Source of the DNA: Candidatus Eiseniibacteriota bacterium
GTDB lineage: Bacteria > Eisenbacteria > RBG-16-71-46
DNA length: 64,000 nucleotides
Reading direction: 5' to 3'
Assembly: GCA_031370785.1 (NCBI GenBank)
Contig: JANMQY010000063.1
Location: forward strand, 1-64,000
The position numbers were made by a program, and so were the translations under genes. How positions within the stretch are numbered: position 1 is the stretch's first letter; every line of letters begins with the position of its first letter. This document shows, one piece after another, positions 19,858-32,623 of the stretch. Under the pieces are notes generated by a model. The model was not told the DNA's origin. It did no database searches and was given only the letters and a program-made list of their open reading frames with translations.

Positions 19858-20009
19858 GCAACGCAGCGCTGGAAGCGTGAGATCGCCGCGACTGGTGCGC
19901 CCGGGCACGGATTTCCCGCGCCGGTGGGGGCTCGTTTGACCCGACCGACCGTGCTCCATACTCTGTCGGCTCCCATTCGCACACCCCCTTGTCATGAGGA
20001 GTTGCCCCC

Positions 20010-20774
20010 ATGGAGCCCGTGGCGGAGACCGCAGCCACAGCATCCCCGCAATCCGCGTCGGCTCCGATGTCGCCGGTCGCGCGTGCCATCGCCATCTTCA
20101 CCCGCCCGACTCAGGCATGGAGCGGACTCGAGACCCGCGCGCAGTGGTGGTTCCCGACCCTGATCGTGACCCTGATCGCCATGATCGGGAACGTGCTGAT
20201 CTACAACCGCGCGGTGCTTCCCATGATGCTCAATCAATGGGAGACCGCGGTGCAGAACGGCACCATGTCCGCGAAGCAGTTCCAGGACATGGAGCAGTTC
20301 ATGAGCGGCCGGATGGGGATGGTAGTGAGCGTCGCGCCGGTCGCGGTGATCCTTCCGATCTCGATCCTGCTGATCGGGCTGGTGGTGTGGTTCGGCGCCG
20401 GATTCGTTCTGGGCAGAAGCTTTCGATACCGTCACGCGCTCGAAGTGGCCGCATGGTCGTCGCTGGTCAGCGTTCCGGGTCAGATCCTCGGGCTGGTTCT
20501 CGCCTGGATCCATGAGAGCGTTCGCGGCATCCATACCGGGTTCGGAGTGCTGATCCCGGACTCGGATCCGCCCTCCAAACTTCTCAGCGGACTGGCCGCG
20601 TTTCTCGACGGGCTGGGTCCGCTCGCACTGTGGAGCGTCGCAGTCGCGATCATCGGAGCTTCCGCGCTCTCGGGCGCGCCGCGCAAGCAGGTCGCGTGGG
20701 TGCTCGGCGGACTCTATGTCGCGCTGCTCGCACTGTTCTGCGCGCTCGGCGCTTTGTTCGGCCAGGCCGCGTAA
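20010..20774 (+). CDS. Yip1-family membrane protein
   Basis: AIFTRPTQAW N-terminal motif, about 5 TM helices, position ahead of a MacAB-type exporter. Confidence 0.75.
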   Translation: MEPVAETAATASPQSASAPMSPVARAIAIFTRPTQAWSGLETRAQWWFPTLIVTLIAMIGNVLIYNRAVLPMMLNQWETAVQNGTMSAKQFQDMEQFMSGRMGMVVSVAPVAVILPISILLIGLVVWFGAGFVLGRSFRYRHALEVAAWSSLVSVPGQILGLVLAWIHESVRGIHTGFGVLIPDSDPPSKLLSGLAAFLDGLGPLALWSVAVAIIGASALSGAPRKQVAWVLGGLYVALLALFCALGALFGQAA

Positions 20775-20857
20775 CCCCTGAAACCTTTACTCGTCGCCAG
20801 CGTAGAACGATCCGGCCTGGCACTCATGCCGCCGGGGTCATGGGATGGAGGATCTTC

Positions 20858-22210
20858 ATGAGGATGATGCTGCGAACGATCGCCGTGCTGAGCCTGATCG
20901 GAGCCGCGAGAACCGCGACTGCCGAAACCCTGACCGCGGACAAGGCGGTGGAGCTGGCGCTCAAGCGCAGTACCGCGGCGATCAACGCCGATCTCGGCGT
21001 GCTCGATGCGCGTGGGGGGCTGTACGGCGCATACTCGGGCGTCCTGCCCAGCGTCTCGGCCAGACTCACGCGCTCGGGATCGCTCAGCACTCACAACACC
21101 GGCAGCCAGCTGTTCGGCGCCTTCACGATTCCGTCGGACCCCTACGACAGCGAGAGCTACAGCACCACCCCGCAGATCTCGGGCCGCTGGAATGTGCTCG
21201 ACCTGTCGGGCCTCTCCAGCGTGTCATCGGCGCGGCAGGGCCTGCGGGCCGCAGAGATGCGGCGCACGGCCTCGCGCCAGGACATCGCGCTCAGTGCCCG
21301 CCGGCAGTTCTACGAGGTGGTGAAGGCGGTGCGGCTGTCGGATGTATCGATCCGCGCGCTTCAGCTCTCTCGCAGCGACGAGCGTCGGGTCCGCGCCCTG
21401 TTCGAGGTCGGCTCGGTCTCGCGCAGCGACCTGCTCAAGGCCCAGGTGCGCACCGCGCAGAGTCAGCTCGATTCGCTGACCGCGATCGACAACATCACGA
21501 TCCAGCGTATCTCGCTGGGAACGCTGATCGGCGTCGCCGAGCGCGATCTGGGGGACGTGGACACGGTGCTGAACGTGCAGACCCAGAGCTACGACCCGGC
21601 GGCGGTGCTGGCCGAGGCGGCGAAGAACCGTCCCGACGTGAAGGCCGCGGAGCTCGAGTTCAAGTCCGCGGGCTTAGGTCTGCGCGCGGCGAATCTCGCG
21701 CGGCTCCCGTACATCTCGCTTTCGGGCAGCGCCGAATACAACCCGTTCCGCACCACGAGCTCGACCGTCGACAGCGGCGGTCTCGGCACGACGTTCCTGA
21801 GCCGAAGCGTGCGCAACGAGACCGACCGCGTGGTGAGCGGATCGGTCGCGCTCAACTGGGACATCTTCAGCGGCATGAGCACCGAATCGCGGATTGCCTC
21901 GGCGCGGGCCAAGCTCGAGCGCGCCCGCGACACGCGCGCCGTCGCCCTTCGCAACCTGGAGGGAGAGGTGCACGAGGCTCTGCTCGCGCATGAAGAAGCC
22001 CTCGAGCGGAACCGCCTGGGCCAGAGCGCATACGAGTCCGCGGCGGAGAATCTCAAGTTGACACAGCAGAAGTACAACGTCGGCTCCGCAACGATTCTGG
22101 AGCTGATCGACGCCCAGGTGCAGCTGCAGCGTGCCGAGAGCGATCAGGTGACGGCGCTCGCAGCGCTGCGCGTGGCCGAGGCCCAGCTCGACCGGGTCCG
22201 CGGGCGCTAG
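20858..22210 (+). CDS. TolC-family outer membrane efflux protein
   Basis: Signal peptide and two OEP repeats (LFEVGSVSRSDLL; KYNVGSATILELIDAQ). Confidence 0.9.
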   Translation: MRMMLRTIAVLSLIGAARTATAETLTADKAVELALKRSTAAINADLGVLDARGGLYGAYSGVLPSVSARLTRSGSLSTHNTGSQLFGAFTIPSDPYDSESYSTTPQISGRWNVLDLSGLSSVSSARQGLRAAEMRRTASRQDIALSARRQFYEVVKAVRLSDVSIRALQLSRSDERRVRALFEVGSVSRSDLLKAQVRTAQSQLDSLTAIDNITIQRISLGTLIGVAERDLGDVDTVLNVQTQSYDPAAVLAEAAKNRPDVKAAELEFKSAGLGLRAANLARLPYISLSGSAEYNPFRTTSSTVDSGGLGTTFLSRSVRNETDRVVSGSVALNWDIFSGMSTESRIASARAKLERARDTRAVALRNLEGEVHEALLAHEEALERNRLGQSAYESAAENLKLTQQKYNVGSATILELIDAQVQLQRAESDQVTALAALRVAEAQLDRVRGR

Positions 22211-22241
22211 GCATGAATCGAACGGAAGGAGCAGGCCGCTG

Positions 22242-23528
22242 ATGAAGAGAAAAAAGGCGTTGTGGATCGGAGCCGCCGCGGTGGTGGTCATACTCCTGAT
22301 CGCGGTGAACGTCGCACGGCAGGCCAGGGGTAACGTCATTCCCGTCCAGTTCTCGCGCGTGCGTGCCGAGGACATCACCTCGCGGGTCCGGGCGCCGGGC
22401 AAGATCGAGCCGCGAACCCAGGTGAAGATCAGCGCCGACATCCCGGGCAAGGTGGCTCGTCTCCTGATCAAGGAAGGCGACCGCGTCCGTCGCGGACAGC
22501 TCATGCTCCAGCTCGACGACACGCAGTATCGCGCCGCCTACGGTCAGGCGCGGGCGTCATTGGCTTCGGCCCGGGCGCGGGTCCGCGATACCGAAGGCTC
22601 GCTCAAGGTGTCGGATGCGAACTACTCGCGCCAGCGCACCCTGTTCGAGCAGAAGCTGCTCTCGCAGGCGGAGTGGGATCAGGCGAGCAGTGCGAACGAG
22701 TCGGCGCACGCCGCGGCCTCGGCCGCACACGAAGAGGTCGCCCGCGCCCAGGCCGCGCTCGACGGCGCGGCCGACAACCTCTCCAAGACCCGTTTCGCGG
22801 CCCCGTTCGACGGAGTGGTGAGCGCGCTCAACGTCGAGCAGGGCGAGATCGTGATCACCGGAACCATGAACAACCCGGGCACGCAGATCCTGGTGGTCTC
22901 GGACCTGTCACGCATGCTGGTCCGCGCCGACGTCGACGAGACCGACATCGTGAACATGCGAACCGGACAGAAGGCCAAGATCACGGTCGACGCGATGCCG
23001 GATACGTTCTTCATGGGCACGGTGACCGAGATCGGCAACACCGCGAAGCGTTCGCTGATGTCCACGGTCGAGGGACAGACCAACTTCGAGGTGAAGGTGG
23101 TGTTCGACGCGCTGGTGCCACAGGTGCGGCCGGGGATGACCGCTGACGTGGACATCGAGACCGCGACCCACGTCAAGGCGACCGGCGTGCCGATCCAGGC
23201 GGTGGTGGTGCGCACGCAGCGTGATCTGGACCGCGCGGCGCGCAAGGCGGGCGCGCGGCGTGAACGGAAGGGCGATGCAGCCGCGGCCGAGGAAGACACG
23301 GTCGGGCGCAAGGACCCCGAGATCACCGGAGTGTTCGCGGTGAAGGACGGGGTCGCCAGGTTCGTGCCGGTCCGGACCGGTATCGCGAGCGAGACCACGA
23401 TCGAGATCTTCGGCGACGTGAAGCCGGGCGAGCAGGTGGTCGCGGGCCCCTACAAGGCGCTGCGCGAGCTCAAGCCGAACAGCAAGGTGAAGGCCGAGGC
23501 GCCGGGCAAGGGCGGCGGTAAGTCCTGA
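22242..23528 (+). CDS. Periplasmic adaptor (MacA/HlyD family)
   Basis: N-terminal [17 protein letters not shown], coiled coil, APFDGVV and RPGMTA. Confidence 0.9.
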   Translation: MKRKKALWIGAAAVVVILLIAVNVARQARGNVIPVQFSRVRAEDITSRVRAPGKIEPRTQVKISADIPGKVARLLIKEGDRVRRGQLMLQLDDTQYRAAYGQARASLASARARVRDTEGSLKVSDANYSRQRTLFEQKLLSQAEWDQASSANESAHAAASAAHEEVARAQAALDGAADNLSKTRFAAPFDGVVSALNVEQGEIVITGTMNNPGTQILVVSDLSRMLVRADVDETDIVNMRTGQKAKITVDAMPDTFFMGTVTEIGNTAKRSLMSTVEGQTNFEVKVVFDALVPQVRPGMTADVDIETATHVKATGVPIQAVVVRTQRDLDRAARKAGARRERKGDAAAAEEDTVGRKDPEITGVFAVKDGVARFVPVRTGIASETTIEIFGDVKPGEQVVAGPYKALRELKPNSKVKAEAPGKGGGKS

Positions 23529-24235
23529 TGCTCATCGCGATCCGAGACCTGCACCGCATCTATCAGGTGGGCACCGAGGAAGTCCACGCTCTGAACGGCG
23601 TCGACCTCGATATCGCCGCGAACGAGTACGTGGCGATCATGGGCCCTTCCGGATCCGGCAAGTCGACACTGATGAACCTGCTCGGCTGTCTGGACACGCC
23701 CACCAGCGGTTCGTACCGGCTCAAGGATCACGAGATCGGCAGCATGTCGGACGACGAGCTGGCGCGCATCCGCAACCAGGAGATCGGCTTCGTCTTTCAG
23801 ACCTTCAACCTGCTGGCCCGCGCCGACGCGATTCACAACGTCGAGCTGCCGCTGGTGTACGCCGGGATCAAGCACGAGGAGCGGCGGAAGCGCGCGCGCG
23901 AGGCGCTGGAGATGGTCGGCCTGGGCGACCGCATGAAGCACAAGCCGAACGAGCTCTCGGGAGGGCAGCGCCAGCGGGTCGCGATCGCGCGCGCGCTGGT
24001 CAACCGGCCGAGCATCATCCTGGCTGACGAGCCCACCGGAAACCTGGACAGCACCACCGGTGAAGAGATCATGTCCGCCTTCGAACGCATCTGGCAGCAG
24101 GGCAACACCGTGATCGTCGTCACCCACGAGCCCGACATCGCGCAGCACGCGAATCGGGTGGTGCGCATGCGCGACGGCAAGATCGAGAGCGACACGGTCA
24201 ACGAACGCCGCGCCGCCCGGACGGTCCCCGCATGA
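23528..24235 (+). CDS. ABC transporter ATP-binding protein (MacB/LolD family)
   Basis: [35 protein letters not shown] and ADEPTGNLD. Confidence 0.93.
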   Translation: MLIAIRDLHRIYQVGTEEVHALNGVDLDIAANEYVAIMGPSGSGKSTLMNLLGCLDTPTSGSYRLKDHEIGSMSDDELARIRNQEIGFVFQTFNLLARADAIHNVELPLVYAGIKHEERRKRAREALEMVGLGDRMKHKPNELSGGQRQRVAIARALVNRPSIILADEPTGNLDSTTGEEIMSAFERIWQQGNTVIVVTHEPDIAQHANRVVRMRDGKIESDTVNERRAARTVPA

Positions 24236-25449
24236 ACCTGCGCGAGAGCACGGGAATCGCCCTGACCGCGATTCGAGCGAACAAGCTGCGCTCGTTCCTG
24301 ACGCTGCTGGGCACCATCATCGGGGTCGCCTCGGTGATCGCCGTGATCTCGTTCGTCGAAGGTCTGAACCGCTTCGTGGCCGACAAGCTCATCGATGCCG
24401 GCTCGAACGTCTTCGTCGTCGACAAATACGGCTTCATCACCAGCAACGAGGCGTGGGAACAGGCGCAGAAGCGACCCGACATCACGCCTGAAGACGCCGA
24501 TGCGCTGCGCGCCGGAGTCCAGCACGCAAAGATGGTCGTCGCGCACAGCTCGACCGTCGAACGCATCCACTATCGGGCGAAGCACGTCGATGGGGTCAAC
24601 GTGCGAGGCGACGGTCCCGGCTATGAAGTGATCTCGGACTACACCATCGCCGAGGGGCGCCACCTGGGCGAGATCGACGATCAGCATCGCCAGCTGGCGT
24701 GCGTGCTCGGCCCCGAAGTCGCCGACGACCTGTTCCCCGGAGCCGATCCGATCGGCAAGCAGATCCGGATCGGCGAGCAGACCTATCGAGTGGTGGGGGT
24801 AACCAGGGCCAAGGGCAAGATGCTCGGGCAGAGCCAGGATCGCTTCGCGGTGATCCCGATCCGCACCTTCCAGAAGTACAAGGCCGAGCGCGGCTCGATC
24901 GAGATCAACATCAAGAGTCTCGATCAGGCCGCGCTGCCGGTCGCGATTCAGGAGGCGCGCAACATCCTGCGCGGGCGCCGTCACATCGCGCCGGGCAAAC
25001 CCGACAACTTCGGCATCACCACCGCCGACACCTGGCTCGAGTTCTATCGCACGCTGACCGGCGGCATCTTCGTGGTCATGATCGGCGTGGCCTCGATCGC
25101 GCTGGTGGTGGGCGGCATCGTGATCATGAACATCATGCTGGTCTCGGTCACCGAGCGCACCCGCGAGATCGGCGTACGCAAGGCGCTCGGCGCCCGCCGC
25201 CGCGACATCCTCACCCAGTTCCTGGTCGAGGCGACGACGCTCTCGCTCGCCGGCGGCCTGATCGGCATCCTGCTCGGGGTGGGACTGGCGCTCGTTGTCG
25301 GAGCGATCAGCCCGCTGCCGGCGGGAGTGAACGGCTTCGCAATCGTGCTCGGCATCGCGATGTCGTCGCTGGTCGGCATCTTCTTCGGTTCATATCCGGC
25401 GTTCCTTGCGGCGAAGCTGGATCCCATTGAAGCGCTGCGCTACGAGTGA
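24232..25449 (+). CDS. MacB-type ABC permease
   Basis: [34 protein letters not shown] and [10 protein letters not shown]. Confidence 0.92.
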   Translation: MNLRESTGIALTAIRANKLRSFLTLLGTIIGVASVIAVISFVEGLNRFVADKLIDAGSNVFVVDKYGFITSNEAWEQAQKRPDITPEDADALRAGVQHAKMVVAHSSTVERIHYRAKHVDGVNVRGDGPGYEVISDYTIAEGRHLGEIDDQHRQLACVLGPEVADDLFPGADPIGKQIRIGEQTYRVVGVTRAKGKMLGQSQDRFAVIPIRTFQKYKAERGSIEINIKSLDQAALPVAIQEARNILRGRRHIAPGKPDNFGITTADTWLEFYRTLTGGIFVVMIGVASIALVVGGIVIMNIMLVSVTERTREIGVRKALGARRRDILTQFLVEATTLSLAGGLIGILLGVGLALVVGAISPLPAGVNGFAIVLGIAMSSLVGIFFGSYPAFLAAKLDPIEALRYE

Positions 25450-25451
25450 CC

Positions 25452-26720
25452 ATGAAACTGTTCCTGCTGGGAGAGACCCTGCGGATGGCGTCCCGGTCGC
25501 TGCTCGCGAACCGGCTGCGGTCGCTGCTCGCGCTGCTCGGGATCGTCATCGGAGTGGGAACCGTGATCGGGATGGTCGCGCTGATCAACGGATTCCAGCG
25601 CTCGTTCCAGCAGAGCATCCGCTCGCTCGGCAACAACACCATCTATATCCGGCGCATCCGTCCCGGCGTGAACTTCAGCGGCCAGATCCCGGACAGCCTC
25701 AAGCAGCGTCGCGCATTCAGCATGGCGGACGCGCAGGCGATCATGGAGCACTGCCCTTCGGTGCGCGCGGTTTCCCCCTTCAAGTTCCCGTACGACGGGC
25801 TGCGGCTCGGATACCGCGACAAGCTCACCAAGGTGACGTTCGTCTTCGGCACCGATCATCAGTACCTGCTGACTCACGGGCAGGACCTGGGGCGCGGACG
25901 CTTCTTCACCGAGGAAGAGGTGCGGCACCGCGCGAACGTGGTGGTGATCGGAAAGGACACGCGTGAAGCCCTGTTCGGCAACGTCACCGCGATCGGCAAG
26001 ACCGTGCACGTCGGCGCCATCCCGTTCACGGTGGTCGGCGAGTTCGAGCCCAAAGGCAAGCTGCTCGGCGAGAACTTCGACGAGGTGGCGGTCATTCCCT
26101 ACCCGCTGATGGACAAGTATTTCCCCGCGCCCGATGACGCGCCGCCGTGGTTTCCCAAGCGCGGCGAGCTGTTCCTCGATGCGACCGCGATCTCGCCGGC
26201 CGAAAGCGACCGCGCGCAGCAGCAGATCATCGACATCCTGCGCATCCGCCGTCACGTGCCCAGCAACAAGCAGAACAACTTCGTGGTGTTCACCGACGAC
26301 GCATTCCTCCAGCTCTATCAGACGGTCACCGGCGGCATCGTGGCCCTGATGACCCTGATCTCGTCGATCGCGCTGCTGGTGGGGGGAATCGGCGTCATGA
26401 ACATCATGCTGGTCGCGGTCACCGAGCGTACCCGCGAGATCGGAGTGCGCAAGGCGCTGGGCGCGCCGAGCAGGGCGATCATGCTGCAGTTCCTGATCGA
26501 ATCCGTGGTGCTCACGGCGGTGGGCGGTCTGCTCGGCGTGCTGCTCGGCGCGTCGATCTCGTGGCTCGTGCACTCGGTGAGCCCGTTGCCCACCTACGTC
26601 TCGGTGTGGTCGGTCGTGACCGGCCTCCTGTTCTCGGCCGTGGTCGGGGTGTTCTTCGGCCTGTATCCCGCGATGCGCGCCGCCCGACTGGACCCGGTGG
26701 ACTCGCTGCGCTGGGAATAG
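25452..26720 (+). CDS. MacB-type ABC permease (second copy)
   Basis: [21 protein letters not shown] and LDPVDSLRWE. Confidence 0.92.
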   Translation: MKLFLLGETLRMASRSLLANRLRSLLALLGIVIGVGTVIGMVALINGFQRSFQQSIRSLGNNTIYIRRIRPGVNFSGQIPDSLKQRRAFSMADAQAIMEHCPSVRAVSPFKFPYDGLRLGYRDKLTKVTFVFGTDHQYLLTHGQDLGRGRFFTEEEVRHRANVVVIGKDTREALFGNVTAIGKTVHVGAIPFTVVGEFEPKGKLLGENFDEVAVIPYPLMDKYFPAPDDAPPWFPKRGELFLDATAISPAESDRAQQQIIDILRIRRHVPSNKQNNFVVFTDDAFLQLYQTVTGGIVALMTLISSIALLVGGIGVMNIMLVAVTERTREIGVRKALGAPSRAIMLQFLIESVVLTAVGGLLGVLLGASISWLVHSVSPLPTYVSVWSVVTGLLFSAVVGVFFGLYPAMRAARLDPVDSLRWE

Positions 26721-26751
26721 CGCTCGACAGCCGTGCTATGTTCGGTTGCTC

Positions 26752-29646
<2,895 letters not shown>

Positions 29647-29649
29647 TCC

Positions 29650-30756
29650 ATGAACCCGACTCCGGCAACGACCACCCAACCCCGAACGCCAACCGCGACC
29701 CGCGCGCGCATCATGAAGGCCGTGGTCAAATCCTCGCGTGGACCCGGCGCCGAAATCCGCGAAGTGCCCGTTCCCACCTGCGACCCGGGTGAGCTGCTGC
29801 TGCGCGTCCTGCGCGCTGGAGTGTGCGGCACCGACCTGCACATCTACACGTGGGATCGCTGGTCGGAGGGTCGCATCCGGCCGCCGGTCACGCTCGGCCA
29901 CGAGTTCGTCGGCGAGATCGTGGAGCGCGGCGCGAACGTCACCCAGTTCGAGATCGGGGAGCGGGTGTCGTGCGAGAGCCACATCATCTGCAACATCTGC
30001 CTCGCGTGCCGCACCGGCAACGGCCACGTGTGCGAGAACACCCGAATCCTTGGCGTCGACGTCAACGGCGGGTTCGCCGAGTACGTCGCGGTCCCGGCCT
30101 CGAACGCATGGCGGGCTCCGGCCAACGTGCCGATCGAAGTCGCCGGCGTCATGGAGCCGCTTGGGAACGCGGTGCACACCGCATTCTCTGGCGCCCTGTC
30201 CGCATGCACGATCGCAATCGCCGGGTGCGGACCCATCGGACTGTTCGCGATCGGCGTGGCGCGCGCCGCCGGGGCCTCGCAGGTGATCGCGAGCGACGTC
30301 TCGCCCTATCGCCTCGACCTCGCGCGCCGCATGCATGCCGACGCGGTGATCGACCCCTCGAAGGAGAACTTCGTCGAGCGCGTGATGCAGCTCACCGGCG
30401 GCCGCGGCCTCGATGGAGTGCTCGAGATGTCGGGCAGCCCGCAGGCGATGCGCGATGGCCTCGGCGCGCTGCGCAACGGTGGAAGGTTGTCGTTGCTCGG
30501 CCTGCCCAAGGAACCGTTCGATCTCGACTGGAACCGACTGGTGATCTTCAAAGGCGTCACCATCCACGGCATCATTGGCCGGCGCATGTACCAGACCTGG
30601 TACCAGATGGACAACCTGCTCACTTCGGGCCGTCTCGACATCCGCCCGGCGATCACGCACGTCATGCCGATGGAGAAGTTCGAGGAGGCGATCGCGCTGC
30701 TGCGCTCCGGCAACGCGGGGAAGGTGGTGCTGGTGCCGTGGGGCGCGGAGGGATGA
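29650..30756 (+). CDS. tdh: L-threonine 3-dehydrogenase
   Basis: CGTDLHIY.WD.W, GHE, structural Zn CNICLAC..C and GI.GRRMY.TW. Start may be 29713. Confidence 0.93.
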   Translation: MNPTPATTTQPRTPTATRARIMKAVVKSSRGPGAEIREVPVPTCDPGELLLRVLRAGVCGTDLHIYTWDRWSEGRIRPPVTLGHEFVGEIVERGANVTQFEIGERVSCESHIICNICLACRTGNGHVCENTRILGVDVNGGFAEYVAVPASNAWRAPANVPIEVAGVMEPLGNAVHTAFSGALSACTIAIAGCGPIGLFAIGVARAAGASQVIASDVSPYRLDLARRMHADAVIDPSKENFVERVMQLTGGRGLDGVLEMSGSPQAMRDGLGALRNGGRLSLLGLPKEPFDLDWNRLVIFKGVTIHGIIGRRMYQTWYQMDNLLTSGRLDIRPAITHVMPMEKFEEAIALLRSGNAGKVVLVPWGAEG

Positions 30757-31181
30757 GGAGAGTCGGAGGAATGTTGATCCTGCTCGCCTCGGCAGTCGCT
30801 TCCAGCTGCGTGACCGAAGCCAACCTTCCGACTGCACTCGTGCCCCTCCCGAGTCCGCCTGGATGTCCTCAGGCGATTCACGCCGCGCCGCCTCCCTACG
30901 GAAGCAATCCCGACGTGGACTGGAAACCAGTCCCGACGCGCAGGGTTCCGCCCGAGTATCCGGACATGGCGCGCGAAGCGAATGTGGATGGAACGGTCCT
31001 GGTGGCAGCGCTGGTCTGCGAGCACGGTCACGTCGTGGATACACGCGTGGTAAGTGGCCTTCCCATGCTGGATGCGGCCGCGGTCCAGAGCGTGCGGCAA
31101 TGGACATTTCATCCGGCGCGCATCGGCCTGAAGGGCGTCCCGTACTGGACCGAGGTGCCGGTCCGATTCAGCCTTCACTAA
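30753..31181 (+). CDS. Small lipoprotein with a TonB C-terminal domain
   Basis: MRRVGGMLILLASAVASSC lipobox, then YPDMAREANVDGTVLV...WTFHPA...VPVRF. ATG overlaps the tdh stop codon. Confidence 0.75.
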   Translation: MRRVGGMLILLASAVASSCVTEANLPTALVPLPSPPGCPQAIHAAPPPYGSNPDVDWKPVPTRRVPPEYPDMAREANVDGTVLVAALVCEHGHVVDTRVVSGLPMLDAAAVQSVRQWTFHPARIGLKGVPYWTEVPVRFSLH

Positions 31182-31196
31182 CGGCACGAGGAGAAC

Positions 31197-32408
31197 ATGT
31201 ACGACAGCCTGAAACCCCACGTCGAAGCCGAGCTGCAGAAGATCCGCGACGCGGGGCTGTGGAAGGAAGAGCGCGTGCTGGCCTCTCCGCAGGGCCCGGT
31301 GGTCAGGCTGGCCGATGGGCGCGAGGTGCTGGTGTTCTGCGCCAACAACTATCTCGGTCTCTCGAGCCACCCGAAGATTGTCGAGGCCTCGCATCGCGCG
31401 CTCGAGAGCCATGGCTTCGGACTGTCCTCGGTGCGGTTCATCTGTGGCACTCAGGACATTCACAAGACGCTCGAGAGGAAGCTCTCCGAGTTCGTCGGCC
31501 AGGAGGACACGATCCTCTACGCCGCCTGCTTCGACGCGAACGGCGGCGTGTTCGAGCCGCTGCTCGGGGAGTCGGACGCGGTCATCAGCGATGCGCTCAA
31601 CCACGCCTCGATCATCGACGGCGTGCGGCTGTGCAAGGCGCAGCGCTGGCGCTACGAACACGCCGATCTCAGGGACCTCGAACGCTGCTTGAAGGAAGCC
31701 ACAGCGAAGGGTTGTCCGCAGAAGCTCATCGCCACCGACGGTGTGTTCAGCATGGACGGGCACGTCGCCGACCTGAAGGGCATCTGCGATCTGGCCGACC
31801 GCTACCGTGCCCTGGTCATGGTGGACGATTGCCACGCCACCGGCATTGTTGGCGCCACCGGCCGGGGGACGGCCGAGCACTGCGGCGTCATGGGGCGGGT
31901 GGACATCGTCACCGGGACGCTGGGGAAAGCGCTCGGCGGGGCGCTGGGCGGGTTCACGGCGGCACGGAAGGAGATCGTCGCCCTGCTTCGCCAGCGATCG
32001 CGGCCTTACCTCTTCTCCAATAGCCTTCCGCCCGCCGTCGTGGGGGCCGGAATTGGCGCGCTCGATCTGCTGGCGGGCAGCCCGGATCTCCGCAACCGGC
32101 TGGCTCGCAACACGAATCAGTTCCGGACCGCGATGACGGCGGCCGGCTTCGAGATCCGGCCCGGCGACCACCCGATCGTGCCGATCATGCTCTTCGACGA
32201 ACGTCTTGCGCACGAAATGGCCCGGCGACTGCTCGAGCGGGGGGTTTACGTGATCGGCTTTTCTTTTCCGGTGGTGCCGAAGGGGCAGGCCCGGATCCGG
32301 GTTCAGCTCTCCGCTGCGCACGAGGCCGAGCACCTCGAGCGTGCGGTCGCGGCCTTCGCCGCGGTCGGTCAGGAGCTCGGCGTGCTGAAGGGTGCCGGGC
32401 GGCCGTAG
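31197..32408 (+). CDS. kbl: Glycine C-acetyltransferase (2-amino-3-ketobutyrate CoA ligase)
   Basis: [34 protein letters not shown] (PLP Lys) and RPYLFSN. Confidence 0.96.
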   Translation: MYDSLKPHVEAELQKIRDAGLWKEERVLASPQGPVVRLADGREVLVFCANNYLGLSSHPKIVEASHRALESHGFGLSSVRFICGTQDIHKTLERKLSEFVGQEDTILYAACFDANGGVFEPLLGESDAVISDALNHASIIDGVRLCKAQRWRYEHADLRDLERCLKEATAKGCPQKLIATDGVFSMDGHVADLKGICDLADRYRALVMVDDCHATGIVGATGRGTAEHCGVMGRVDIVTGTLGKALGGALGGFTAARKEIVALLRQRSRPYLFSNSLPPAVVGAGIGALDLLAGSPDLRNRLARNTNQFRTAMTAAGFEIRPGDHPIVPIMLFDERLAHEMARRLLERGVYVIGFSFPVVPKGQARIRVQLSAAHEAEHLERAVAAFAAVGQELGVLKGAGRP

Positions 32409-32623
32409 CCCCGGCCCGGAACGCAAACCCGGGGAATTTCCTCTAGTATCCGGCCTGACAACTCCGTAATATATCGCTCGTGGCCGCTCGGTCCCCCGAG
32501 TCGAGCGGTATCTTTTTTTTCTGTCGTGAAGCTCGAACGTCACGACTGCGCCGCCAGAGTCCCCAGGTTGTCACGCTTCAGCACGTGGTTTCTCTCACGT
32601 AGCCCCTTGTCCGGAGGTCCCAG

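Noticed and set aside
20818..20832. Possible sigma54 site TGGCAC-TCATG-CCGC before tolC
   Set aside because: Spacing fits but the -12 element is poor, which is likely by chance in GC-rich DNA.
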